Assembly (NCBI RefSeq): GCF_036321535.1
Contig: NC_087437.1
Span: 101,000,001 to 101,064,000, forward strand
Direction of reading: 5' to 3'
Source: Camelus dromedarius
Taxonomy: Eukaryota
Length of the DNA stretch: 64,000 nucleotides
The notes below the pieces were generated by a model. That model had not been told where the DNA came from and made no database searches. It saw nothing but the letters and a program-made list of their open reading frames with translations. Position 1 is the first letter of the stretch. Each line of letters begins with the position of its first letter. A program made the translations under genes and the position numbers. Below are positions 1 to 12,534 of this stretch, in pieces.

Positions 1-366
1 AAGATGAAATCGATTTGCCATTTACAACAACATGAATGGACCTAAGTGAAATAAGTCATGAAGAATGCAAATAGTGTTTGATTATACTCTAATGTGGACT
101 ATAAACAAACAAATTAGCAAACAAACAAAAAACCCCAAAGTAAATGAACAAATCAAACCAAACAAAAGCAAACTATAGTAATGGTTACTAGAGGGGAAAG
201 AGGGTGAGGGAGTGTGAAATGAGTAAAGGGGGTCAACTGTATTGTGATGGATGGAAACTAAACTTTTGGTGGTGAGCACTATGTAGTGTATACAGAAGTA
301 GAAATATAACATTGTACACATGAAACTTACATGGTATAAATGTTACTTCAATTAAGAAAAAATAAT
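1..366 (+). mobile_element. LINE-1 3' end (ORF2 tail and 3' UTR), cut by window start
   Basis: Typical L1 3' motifs (ttgccatttacaacaacatgaatggacct, aagtgaaataagtca, atggttactagagggg, aagggggtcaactgt) and an A-rich tail. Confidence 0.9.
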
Positions 367-2604
367 ATAAATTTACCTTATGTATCTGTTATCATGAATA
401 ATAGCTAGAAATTAGGAAAAAACTAAAATCTCCACCATCTCTCTTTTTACAGGAAAAAAAATCAACATTTTATTAATGCAGTTTTAATTGTCAGAAATAA
501 TACATATTTTCTGTTTTAAGCAGATTTTTATGAAATAGATAAAGAAGTAAAATTTGTCTTAACAGTTTTTAGTTTCTTTTTTTATAATAATGCTTCATTT
601 AGACATCTGTCCTCTTCTTTTAATCTTTACTATGGAATGTTGGTCATAAAGTGGATTTATTTCCAGTGCCCCTTTAAATTTACCAGTTACCTTTGAATAT
701 TGGCATTGTCTGGAATTCACTTCCAAGTGTTATAAAAGAGACTTAACCTTCCTTTCTAGGAAGAGGAATTTCTTTCTAAATCTTTATTTATTAAAATTAC
801 AAAATTTTATAAAACTCATATAAAATTCTTGATCACATATATTAAATTTCTTGAAGTTAAGTTTTACATGAGAATCATTATATCTTGTTCTGTTTTTGTT
901 TACAATTCTGATATGACTTGAATTTATTCTTCCTAATGCAGTTGTACACATTCAAGTGATAGGGAAACAGTTACATCTAAGATCTTTGTACAGCATTGTT
1001 ATCACAAAGAAAATAAGTTTCTATCCTAAAATGAGACAAAATTGCTGGTACTCAAGGTCATAGAATGCTGCAGATAATTGGGCTTTTGGGAAATGAAGTC
1101 TTGAAGGAAGATTAAAAGCAGCATTAAAACAGTATTCATGGTTATGTACAATAGCAATTCAAAACAAAATGTGGTGAATTACAATAAATTCAAATAGTTT
1201 GTTTCTACAAACCTTTGCTCCGTGAGAGAGTGTGATACAGTCTCATAATTTTCTATTTGGAATCACTGTTTTATCCATGACATCTCAAATGCAGTTCATT
1301 CACTTGAGGATGTATATTATACCCAGAAGAGAATCCAGTTTGTGAGGAAAATCATGACTAGACACAATCCAGTAACTACTGTGTTTCTAACTGGCCATGT
1401 ATGCTGCAAGACAAGAAAGGACACCACAGTCTTTGAACGTTGTCTCACACATTATTAAAAGAATATAAAGGTTTTGAAATGATTTGGGCAGTATGTATTT
1501 AAAAACTCCCTTATAATATATTGAGAATTTGAACTTGGTCCAAGGAAATTGAAAATGAGAAATGCAAGCAGAAAAAAAAATTGATGTGTAGAAATGGCTT
1601 TCAGTTAAATAGGAATGCTTGCCAAAATATTGTAACTTGTAGGGCACCGAGAAAAATCTCAGATTAAAGAAAAACATATCCCTCCTTACCTATCAAAGTA
1701 CTAAAATGTAAGGACAAAAATGAATCTGTTGAGTAATAAACCTTAATGAATCCAATGTTGAGATGCAAATGGACATAGAGTAATTCACCTTTAATTACTT
1801 CAATACAAAGCAGTTAATATACGAAGGTTTTTAAAAAGTATTTTTCTCAGAAAATGTTTTAGAGGAGAATTTAAAAGAGGAGAAACAGAGTAGTTTTTGA
1901 ACCTGAGAAATGCATGTTTAATCATGAGGCAAAGACTTGTGTGTATGTATGAAGAGGAGGGTGGGATCAGTCAAGACCAGGAGCCAGAAACTTAAGATTT
2001 GTGTCATGAGGATAATAGTATGATGAAGATGTATTTCATAGTATCGCCCTGTGGATGCTACCAATAAATGAAGCTAAGAAGATAAAGGAGTAAAAAGAAA
2101 AGGAAGATTATGGTTGGATAATCAGAGAAAAATGGAAAGTATTTCAGAATCTAGAGTTTCTGTAATTTTAATTTTCTTAACAGAAGGGAGAGAGACAGGA
2201 GAGAGAGACAGACAGACAGAGAGAAAGGTGATAAGAAAGGAGAAAAAGAACTTGAGAAAGTGTCACTGGAAAGGTCAGGCAAATTGTGCAAATTATAATG
2301 AGATATATTTACATAAGAAAAAAATTGTAGAATATATTCTTGATTAATTCAAACATATTTTACAAATTTCTATTTTCAGAGTGATTACAACATTGAGATT
2401 TTGTTTTCATTTTTAGCTCTTTAGAGATTTAGAAAGCTTATATGTCAATTATGTATAATTGACATTCTCTGTTTCAACCCATTCGTTTACAAACAAGGAG
2501 CAAAGAGGATCCCTTCAGTGGGTGATTTAGACTTAGTGCTACAGGTTTTTTTCCTCTGTGCTCTTTCCAGGGCATCACATTCACTGGTAAAACACACAAC
2601 TGCT

Positions 2605-3572
2605 TTATCCACTCATGTATCCACACTTAGATTGTTTCCATATCTTGACTACTATGAATAATGCTGCAATAAACGTGGGAGTACAGATAACTCTTTGTCA
2701 TACTGATTCCATTTCCTTTGGATATACACTTAGAAGTGCGATTGCTGGCTCACATAGTATTTCTGTTTTAAATTTCTTGAGGAACTTCCGTATTGTTTGC
2801 CATAAAGGCTGTAACAATTTACATTCCCTTTTCTCCACACATAGCCAACACTTATTACCCCTTGTCTTCCTGTTACTAGCCATCCTAACGGATGTGAAGT
2901 GGTATCTCATTGTGGTTTTGATTTGTATTTCCCTGATAATTAGTGATATTGAGCACCTTTTCATATACCTGTTGGCTATTTTGTGGTATATAAACACACA
3001 ATGGAATATTATTCAAACATAAAAAAGAAGGGAATCCTGCCATTTGCAGCAACATAGATGAACCTGGAGGACACTATGCTAAGTGAAATAAGCCAGACAC
3101 AGAAAGATGAATACTCTAACATCTCATTTATGTGTAGAATGTGAAAAAGTGGAACTCAGAACCAGAGATTAGAATGGTGGTTGTGAGGTGCTGGGTGGTG
3201 GGAGAGATTAGGAGATGTTGGTCAAATGGCACAAACTTTCAGTTATAAGGTGAATAAGTTCTAGGAATATAATGTACAGCATGATGATTATAGTTAATTA
3301 TACTGTATTGTATATTTGAAATTTGTTGAGAGAGTAAATCCTAATTATTTTCGCCACAGACACACATACACACACACACACACAAGTTAACTATGTGAGG
3401 TAATGGATGTGTTAACTTGATTGTGATAATCATTTCACAATGAAAAGATATATCAAATCATCACATTTTACATCTGCAACAAAAACCCCAAAACATATTG
3501 TTAACACAATCTAAATCTATATGATTTTTACTTGTTAATCATACCCCAATAAATCTGGAAGAAATAAATAAT
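2605..3572 (+). mobile_element. 5'-truncated, 5'-inverted LINE-1 (L1MA-like)
   Basis: 2605-~2980 reads as ORF2 C-terminus on the minus strand (ORF 2698..2997: [24 protein letters not shown]...LQPLW). ~2981-3572 is plus-strand 3' UTR with an internal (CA)n. Flanking aactgctttat (2598-2608) and aattgctttat (3570-3580). Confidence 0.9.
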
Positions 3573-3948
3573 TGCTTTATTTCCATTATTCACCAGCCAA
3601 TTCAGAGTGACACATAATTATGCAATGGCTGGTTAATGAAGGAGATATTTCTCTTGTTCATCAGCTGCCATGTCTCTTACTAGCTTCCTTCTGGAACCTT
3701 TTAAGTTTTGGTGTATATACAGAATAGAACAAACCAGGGGAACATCTAGTCCTTCTAACAAAAAGGTAATCAGTGAGAGTTTTGCCTGTTTTTATCTGCT
3801 TCACCAATTATTTACAAGGACTTTTTCATTATATATATTTATGTCTTACATTTCAAACTGAGAAATGAGGCAAAGCTTGAAAAATTTAAGAACTGCTTCA
3901 TAAGAGGGTAATTGTTTCCTTTACCCACACTCAATGTTTCATTTTATT

Positions 3949-4175
3949 TCATTTAACGATAAATGAGCAACTGTACTTTGTATGTGTACTCAGTTCCTTG
4001 CCTTTTAATTTAACCTCTCTCAGACCTTCAGGTGGTACCGTATGTAATTCCACCTTTTGCAGAGCAGGCTGCACCCTGTTAGGTTCGATAAATGTGCTCT
4101 GATAATAATTATCAGTTTGGAGAAGCAAGACAAAATATGGAGTGTTCATGCCTGGTCTTGAGTTATGACTTTCCT
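3949..4175 (-). CDS. Candidate terminal exon D of a hypothetical spliced minus-strand ORF
   Basis: Acceptor tttcttttccattcag|AG. Open frame ESHNSRPGMNTPYF...SCSFIVK*, with TGA followed immediately by AATAAA (3948-3943). No recognised homology. Confidence 0.2.
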
Positions 4176-5109
4176 CTGAATGGAAAAGAAATCATTCTCG
4201 TGCTAAGAAAATTTGCATGTGTATATAGTAGAAAACCGCATGCTTTAACATAAATGCCAGGGGAAAAGAAGCAATTGCAGCTGGCTGTTGAAAGCCTTGA
4301 CTCTATGTCCACCTGACTAATGAACACAGCCTTCACCACAGCTGCGTTTCCAGCAGTTTCCTTTTATTTGTTGACTGCAGTGTGGAGGCCGGAGGAGGCA
4401 TGGATGATTACAGAATTCCTTTGGATGTGAATAAATATTTGCAATAAAAGAAGGAGGTCACTTCCTTTTTAAGTGTTTGAATGTCTAAATTTAGGCTTCA
4501 GATTTTGGGAGGTGATAGTTTATGCTTTCTTAGCTCAGTTTATTTATTTAATTTGATAACTTACATTCTGGAATTTCCCTGGAATTCAGTTTACCATCCT
4601 TGGCTTTGAGGCAGCATTTTTACCCTAAAAAGGAGTAACTTGGCTAAATTATTAGTATTTGTTATTTGTTAGGTGATACAAATACTAAATTTTATTCTTA
4701 GCTTTTAAAAAATTTTGTAGAGAATCTTAGCTTCTGTGTAGTAAATCACCGTGTAATGCCATCTGAGTTTATGTTTTCTTGTTCCTCTTAAACTATTGCA
4801 ATAATATTCTTTATAATAGTTGAAATCTTGATATAAGGGAGGAAGTATATGGTGCAAGAACCACATATTATAATAGGTTTTGGTGGGGATTTAATGTTAT
4901 TGATGACAGAATTAATTTAGAGAGTCTCCTATAAGCTTTGTTGTGTAATCTTATGGGAAAGGCAACATAAGTTTGCAGTGAAATTTTAAGTAACTACTCT
5001 TACTTGCATTAGTCATAGGACTCAGACTCAATACTGTATATTATCTCTGTGCATGCAATATAGTCTTGTGTCTTTATTAAACATAACTTTATTTTTTTTA
5101 TATTATAAG

Positions 5110-5609
5110 TGTTGACTGAAATAAATGCACAGCCTAAAAATTGAGAGTTATGTTTTATTTGGCGGACATTTCTGAGGACTCAAACCCTTCGAGCCCAGGA
5201 TGACAGCCTCTCAGATTGCTCTGTGGGACTGCTCAGTAGAGGTAGGGGAGGAGCCAGGATATACAGGAGCTTTACAACAAAGACCAGGTAGTTGGAACAT
5301 TAAAAGATTACCTGTTAACTAAAGAAAACCAGGCATCTCAAGAAGTTAAAGAATTTTGCGCTTTTCTATGCATGGGAGGAAGCAAACATTTGGGCTCATT
5401 GAATTCATTCCTTTGACAAGCACCTAGCTATTTAGGGCCGGTATCCTGTCCTTTCTTATTCTGAGTCCCCTCAGGGTGCACCACTGTGAGTGGCTGCAGA
5501 GGCCAGGCTGCAGGCTTGTCTTCCCTGGGGGGTGGTGGCAGCTGCTGATGACTTGATGGCTTCAGCAGTCTTTGTTTACAGATACGGTTTGTAGTATTTT
5601 TCATTCACA
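5110..5609 (-). mobile_element. ERV1-class solo LTR (MER41-like), 500 bp
   Basis: TG...CA termini. Exact 4-bp TSD TAAG at 5106-5109 and 5610-5613. Minus-strand AATAAA at 5159-5154. More GC-rich than flanks. Confidence 0.85.
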
Positions 5610-6655
5610 TAAGAAATAATTCCGAATTTTCTCAATTACCAAGAAAGCTCAGATAGAACTAGAATCATTGTTAGCTTTTAGTAAATTTGGTAAATTGTGC
5701 TAAATACATTTTACTTTATTTGCTGGGGGCTAAAACAAAGGAAGGGTAGCTAAGGGTTTTAGTCAGTTTTTAGGTGAACAAATCTACTGGAGTCATAGTT
5801 TTGCTTTCTGGAGCAAGTGAGAATTAGTTGGGAAATATCCTTTGTCTGCTCCCGAAGAACGTGATACTACGCACCATTTACTCACTCTCCATGTCTTTCA
5901 TTTCCCTCCAACTTTTCTTTGGGACCCCAAGCCATCCTTAGAATTCTTTTCTTACATACAATTCCAGATCCCGGTTCTTGGTCTCATATATTAATACCCT
6001 TCCAATATACAAACCAAAAATGAGGATGCTATTTTAAGACCTTCCTTATTCCTGTAAAATTTTAAGAGTATTGTGAAAGGTGTCTAAGAACTACAAATTT
6101 CAATATTACCATGTGGTGCTTCTAGGCCTAAACAACACTGAATACACTGGAAGCAATGCACTGGAAGGTGATCAATGCGTATAGAACAAGCAGTACAAGA
6201 ACAGAGTTTTGAAATTAATTTATAATGCAAATTTATATTGACAAGGTCTCTCATTGATTTCACCTACATCTCACTTGAGTTGACAGCTTCTTTATTTTCC
6301 TTTATTTATTTTTTTGATGCAGTTACTGATAGTGATAAACTTTATTGTATGTAGGCATCAGAGAGAGAGGAAAGGAAATATGAAAGAGTGGGAGATACAA
6401 AGGGTAAGTAATCTTATATTGAATATTCAACATTGTGAAAAAACAAAGCCAGCGAGGCTCAAAATACAGTGTCAAAAACCTGAAACAGTTAAGATAATGC
6501 TTTTCCACTAATAGACATGTTAGTGCCAAGTATCCACAGAATGCTTTTCTGGGAATCCAATCTCTGTATCTTTAAGATTAGTCTGGAAGTAGAAAAGTCA
6601 CAAAGTTTGTAAAAGTTAGGCTCATTGTTTTTAAGACTTCTTAAATCTATCTTAC

Positions 6656-6700
6656 CCGAGGACGATTCGTATACAAAAGAAGGTACCTGGATACCATTTC
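6656..6700 (-). CDS. Candidate 45-nt exon C (alternative acceptor at 6830 gives a 175-nt exon with stops in all frames)
   Basis: Donor CGG|GTAAGA. Acceptors ccatcgcag|G (6700) or cctaatttctttcag|G (6830). Local CpG cluster. Confidence 0.2.
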
Positions 6701-7818
6701 CTGCGATGGAACACACTACCGTGTGAACTAGCAGGGATGGAGCTCACTTTTCTTACTGTCAAGGGCAGAAATGTTGGGTTTCAATAGTTCTGAAGTATAA
6801 CAGAACTGTATCAAGTTCACACAGTACCTCCTGAAAGAAATTAGGCTGTTTTTGATACCGAAAAAAAAAAAAAGCATTTAGTATTCTATTTGTGGTTTTG
6901 TAATCTAATCTCATGTCTATGAGCTAATTATACCTTTTTTCTATCTAGAGTTATTTATGCTGCTATTGTGTTAGATAAATCGTTCCCCAACTTAGAAACC
7001 ACTCTCCTGATTATTTTAGCTGTTGTGTTTTTTTTTTTAACACTTTGTACAACCAAATAAAAGTCAATGGTCTAATTCTTTGTTTGTCTCTATAATTCCT
7101 GTACTGACCACAGTTTTCTCAGACTTTAGGTTTTGAAAGAAAAACAACATAATGTGGTGTTTTTCATGGTTCTTAAGGGCCAAGTAATGTTTGCTCAAGC
7201 TAGCGAATGTATAGTGCAAAAATAAACATACACCAATGAATATGTGTGTGGGATGTATACAGTGTCTCAAACAAATGTCATACAAATGGTGCATATGCGT
7301 ATATTTGAAAACTGAATGATAATCTTTATTGAGACTTTTGCAACCCAAATGAGTCACTGAAATGGCAAAATCACTGAGTGTGAAAAGACTGTGGGCCAAA
7401 TGCCAGGGAGATCCATGCAAGTTGTCAGAGTTTTGAGATCTCTCTCTGCAAGGCAGAAGCCAAGGAGGGTTTTCCAAAGTGACCACATGTGAACAAAACA
7501 GAGAATTAAATACACCCAGTAACATAAGGGGGATCAACAAAACGACACAGTCACCATGGTCAGCCTGCTGGGGGCTGAGGGCAAAGCAATACAGGTAGTG
7601 CCCTATTGTATAACTGCGGCTGAAGTGAACTGATGAAATGAGAAATGAAATAAAAATCCCAGGAGGAGACAGCACAATTCATCTTTTCTGAAGATGATGT
7701 GACTTCAGTCAGAAGTTGCTTTGGATGTCAATACCACTCACTGAAAAAATAATTATCAGGATGGAAAATTTAGATTATCTAAATATTAAGAAATAATCGT
7801 TGCATGAATAACACTTAC

Positions 7819-7950
7819 CCCTTTGTGTGATTGCCTGAGATTTTATTTCCATATCACTAAACAAATATTTTCTTTCAGTGAAAAGAGAGTCTAGAGGTAT
7901 AGCTAGGGAATGTCTCATAGTTTGTACATCACATCTTAACGGAAAGTAGC
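7819..7950 (-). CDS. Candidate 132-nt symmetric phase-1 exon B
   Basis: Acceptor taactcatttatttcttttcag|GC and donor GGG|GTAAGT. Only one frame is open: YFPLRCDVQTMRHSL...SQAITQR. Confidence 0.25.
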
Positions 7951-8223
7951 CTGAAAAGAAATAAATGAGTTATGTTCTCAAGATGAACTTGTTCCTTTTA
8001 ATATGTGAAACTCAAATAGTCCATTATTTGAGTAATATTTCTAATAAAATAGAACATAGGGTAATGGAAAAAATTTAAAGCCAAAAGAGTGATACATATG
8101 TAATCACCTAAATGGCTAGCTTTGTATTAGCTTCTAGATTTTCAGGTAACATAGCTCAAAATAGTTTCACAAAGTACCGATATAAAATGTTAGATGAATT
8201 TAAATGAATGGCACAGTCACAAA

Positions 8224-8254
<31 letters not shown>

Positions 8255-8879
8255 AAATGAGACCAATAATAAAGCAGCTCATGACAAGAAGTAGGAATTA
8301 GGAAGAGGAAATATGTCCAAAGATGCAATGAGAACAATACACAAAATTTTATGTATAGTAATTCCATGGGAAAAGAAAAAGTAACTGCATAAATGATAAG
8401 ATCAATAAAGGGAAATGCATGAGGTTGGGGCAATAAGAAACACTACATAAGAATTACTTTAGAATATGAATGACTTTGCTAAATACGTGAATTCTAGGTA
8501 GGCATTTCAACAGGAGGGTGCAATGATAGCATGTCAGGTTGGTAAAACTCCTTTAATAAAGCATGTGATGGTAGTGATAAGTACTATGCGATGGATGTAG
8601 TTTGTATCCAAATAAAATTCTATTGCGACCATTTTTAAGGGCTAGATAAGGGGTCTGTTTAAGTTGTAGTTCTAGCTCAATTTCTGAAGTTCCAAGGGAG
8701 AGAGGTAATAAATGAGTTGAATGAAAATAAAGTGTTCTTATCTAAAGCTGAGTTCTGGTGCAGCATAATAATCAGAAGCTCTTTAAGCAGGAGTAGATTT
8801 ATCAAAGTACAAGTTTCTCTTTGCCGTTGAGTAGTCATCTATATAAAAAACAAGAGAAGTCATTGACCAGGGAGGGGGA

Positions 8880-9232
8880 GGTATGGTATATCTGAAAATT
8901 AAAAAAAAAAAGTACACTATAAATTCATCTACAAAACAGAAACAGACTTTCAGACATAGTAAACAATCTTAAAGTTATTGGAGAAAGGGGGTGGGAAAAG
9001 ATAAATTAGGAAGTTTGAGATTTACAAATGTTAGCCACTATATATAAAAACAGATTTTAAAAAAGTTTCTGCTCAATATCTTGTAATAACCTTTAATGAA
9101 AAAATATGAAAATGAATATATGTTTATATATACATGACTGGGACATTATGCTGTACACAAGAAATTGACACATTGTAACTGATGGTACTTCAGTAAAAAA
9201 ATTAAAAATAAAACAAAAAGATTAAAAAAATC
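8880..9232 (+). mobile_element. Short LINE-1 3' UTR fragment (artiodactyl/camelid-type) with A-rich tail
   Basis: atctacaaaacagaaacagact, ataaattaggaagtttgagatttacaaa, tgctgtacacaagaaattgacacattgtaactga, then an A-rich tail. Confidence 0.8.
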
Positions 9233-9885
9233 CATCACCATACATTGTTACAAAATATAAAAAAAAGAAAAAAGAAAATTCAGCTCAGGTTGGTTAGTAG
9301 AATGTTATTTTGTAAAAATGGTCATTTTGTGATTATGAACCTTAAATTTGTCCTTACATTTACTGATAGTCTGCAGGCTGTATCTACACAGGCACAACTT
9401 TCCCCCTTTTTTATACAACAATCTTGTTTTCTTTTCACTATCTTAAAAACAGTTGTATCTGTTATAAGTTGATATGCACATGTGTGTGTATTTTAATCCC
9501 TCTTCAGGTTATCTGTTCTTCACATAAATATTTTAAATAAATAGAACTTTATCTGGGAGAAACTTTCATAGCAGCTCCATGGAACTGGCCAAGACAACTA
9601 CTCTTTCTAATAAAGAAAATGAAATTGGTTATACCACCCATTCACACACCTGAGAATATCCACCTTAGTGCCTGCATATTATAATCAATTATTGAGTAAG
9701 GTAAATTTTTTGGTCAATTATGGCAACCTAATTGTTAATGTATTTTTTCCATTAATGAACAGAAAAATTGGTTTTATTGATATAATTTACTGTCTTTATT
9801 TTCTTGACTATTCCATCTAGGTTGCTATCAAGAATTTGTGCTATCTTTGTTAATATCTCATTCACATGTGATTGAGTCTACTGGT

Positions 9886-9930
9886 ACAGATAGGTGGTAC
9901 TGAACAGATAGATGGTATTGAACAGAGAGG
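9886..9930. repeat. 18-bp tandem repeat, ~2.5 copies
   Basis: acagataggtggtactga / acagatagatggtattga / acagagagg. Confidence 0.8.
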
Positions 9931-10117
9931 CCATAAGCCAGTGACTGTTAAATTATTCAGTGTGGTCAGGGACTTTTTCCTTTTGAAGGGCAATTTTTAA
10001 GTCTACTGTAACCCTTTGTGTATTATGAAATATATAATATAAAATGGCATATGTATCAATATGTATCATATATGCTCATGTATTCAGAGATGATATGGAT
10101 ACCCATATATCCATATG

Positions 10118-10118
<1 letters not shown>

Positions 10119-10151
<33 letters not shown>

Positions 10152-10180
10152 TCTATCAATCATCTATCTATCCATCTATG
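10119..10180. repeat. (TA)n followed by degenerate (TCTA)n microsatellite
   Basis: Directly visible. Confidence 0.95.
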
Positions 10181-10662
10181 CATATATCAACAGAGGTACA
10201 TGGACAAGTAGGTAGGCAGCAATATAAAGGTAGACATTTTGCTATGGATACAACATATGATATGTGATCTGGCGATTGTGATCAACAGAAGGAATTTTAC
10301 TGAGAAGCTAGGAGGAGCTAAATAGTGAAGCTCTAGAAAGGTCAGGGACGAGAGAAGTTCCAGAGGTACCAAAAACAACCTTCCAAGGGCTCTTCATAGT
10401 GGCAACAAAAGATGTTATTAGGTTTTAGCAGTATTCGGGTCCATGATTCTCATTCCAATTTTCTACTTCATGGGGTGAGGGGGAGTCAGATTAGCCTAAT
10501 TTAGGACACAAATGTACCTTCATCTTCTATGGGAGAGAAACAAAGTTCATGGAGCCAGAACACAGGCACAGGCACTTACTCTCACAGACTTGGAATCATG
10601 ATGAATTAGCAGCCTCCCAGGGACACCTACACCGTGTGAGTGAGATGAGACGACTCCATTAC

Positions 10663-10723
10663 CTGGACGAGGAAGATGCGAGGCAGCACCATAGAGGGTC
10701 TCCGTGTGAGTGTTTTCTCTCAT
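10663..10723 (-). CDS. Candidate ATG-bearing exon A of the hypothetical minus-strand ORF
   Basis: ATG at 10723 with A at -3, encoding MRENTHTETLYGAASHLPRP. Phase-1 donor CAG|GTAATG at 10663; alternative phase-0 donor AGA|GTAAGT at 10580. Several CpGs. Confidence 0.15.
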
Positions 10724-12024
10724 ACTGACTCCTCTAATAGTAACATTATTTCTGAGAGTGCTGAAACCTAAATGCATTGTTTTACTTTGTCTTCCAATAA
10801 AGGCTGTAAATTATTATGAACTCATATAATAGTCCAATAGAAAGATAAGTCATTTTAAAATTTGATTTGAGTCATGTATAAATATCAATTCCAAATTATT
10901 ATTTGTATTCACATAAATGTTAAAAACTTCCAAACTTGGAGCTAAAGTAGAAGTCTATTGCCAGAAAGTTTTCTGTTGTGAAACAAAAAGAACTAAAAAC
11001 AATGAATTAGAACGAATTTTTTTATGCTTAGAATACAATTTTCCTCCCAATCACTTCAAAATGAATTGAAAAAGGGGGGAGGTTAATTTTAAAAATGACG
11101 ATTTTTCTTCCATTGATTTTGAATAAATTACAAATTATTTTGAATACTAATAACCGTGCTATTAGGCTGAAAACTGCTAACTTTATCTGTTGCTACAAGC
11201 AAGTGCTATAACTTTTTGAGATAAAGCTCATATACTACAAACAAGGGAGCAATTGCTTTGACTTATAGCTTATAGTAGTTTGAACTTTTTTTTTAAACAA
11301 GGTCACTCTTGGACTTTGTACAGATTTTATTTGCTCACATAAAATTATGATCCGTATCTACATTTATTAAATATAAGATTTAACTTTATTGACAGAAGTG
11401 TAGAAATGCTGCATTAATTACTAAAGGCTTGGGATGCAGATTATGGTAAGTTAAGTATTAATGAGAATTGTATTTTACCATGTTGCAAAGAAGCCAGAAA
11501 AGTGTTTTATGTAATATGTGTAAGCCTGAATTATAGGAACATTCACACAGCATTAAGAAATTATACATGGAAAAAGGATTATATACCATAAAACTGTTTT
11601 ATCTGAATCATATTTCCTAGTATTCTTCTCTATTAAATAGCTGACTTAAGGCTTTAGAACATTCTGAGAAATGATGTCCTTCTAGGTGGCATTTATAAAT
11701 ATTCCTTGACAAGAAAAGATAGATTTACTCCATATTTTTAGCATGCATTATTTTAAGAATTCAAACTGCATCCCCAGGTTTTTCTTCATATTAAACTGTT
11801 TTTAGATATGTGGTGGAAAAATGTATTTCAAATCTTTTATGAGAGAAAAATATTCTCAAAAGGGAAAAGGAATCATACATAATACAAAAAAGAGATAAGT
11901 GATTCTTGCAATATTTGTTTAACTAGTGGGAGGGATAGAAAAAAAATTACATGAAAACCTTTTTTTGTGGTTAAAAAACCCAACCTATTTTAGACTGAAG
12001 GCAAACTATTGCTGTCATTTATCG

Positions 12025-12140
12025 TTAAATTGGCAAATATTTATTGAGCATCTATTGTGTTCAAGAAGTTGTGCTCTGCATTGTGGGTTTATAGAATCTA
12101 AAGCAAAACATTGCTGAGCTAAGATAACTTACAGCCAGAA
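12025..12140 (-). mobile_element. L2 3'-end fragment
   Basis: caaatatttattgagcatctattgtgttcaag resembles the reverse complement of the L2 terminus. Confidence 0.65.
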
Positions 12141-12534
12141 GAATGCTTTCTATGTCGATTACTGTAGATGACTTATAAGCATCTCTGCAGAATATTTTGT
12201 TAAAAATAGCAGAGAACCGGACGAATGGTTAGATAATAATAATGACATTGATCTACTTGTCCTAATAACTCTGAAAGAGGTTAGTCCCAGGGTTGGTCAG
12301 GGTATGGGGTAGACCCCTTGGTAATTCTCTTGGGTTTTTCTCTTGATTTGCAAGTGGCTATGCCAACTCCAAGCACCACATCTCTCGTCACAATGTCCAA
12401 CACTAGAAGAAAAAGACTACAGTATGAGGGCTTTACTACCCTACATCTTAAAACAGTGAAAAATGTTCCTGGAAAGCCCCTACTTGAGTTACAAAAAGTA
12501 ATGAAATCCAAACATGAATATTACGTATTTAGAC

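Noticed and set aside
2615..3022. ORFs overlapping L1s here and at 16171-17239 and 48884-49658
   Set aside because: Sense or antisense reads of degenerate L1 ORF2/3' UTR, not host genes.
8221..8249. Poly(A) run of about 29 nt as a possible retrocopy tail
   Set aside because: No TSD or recognisable retroposed body upstream.
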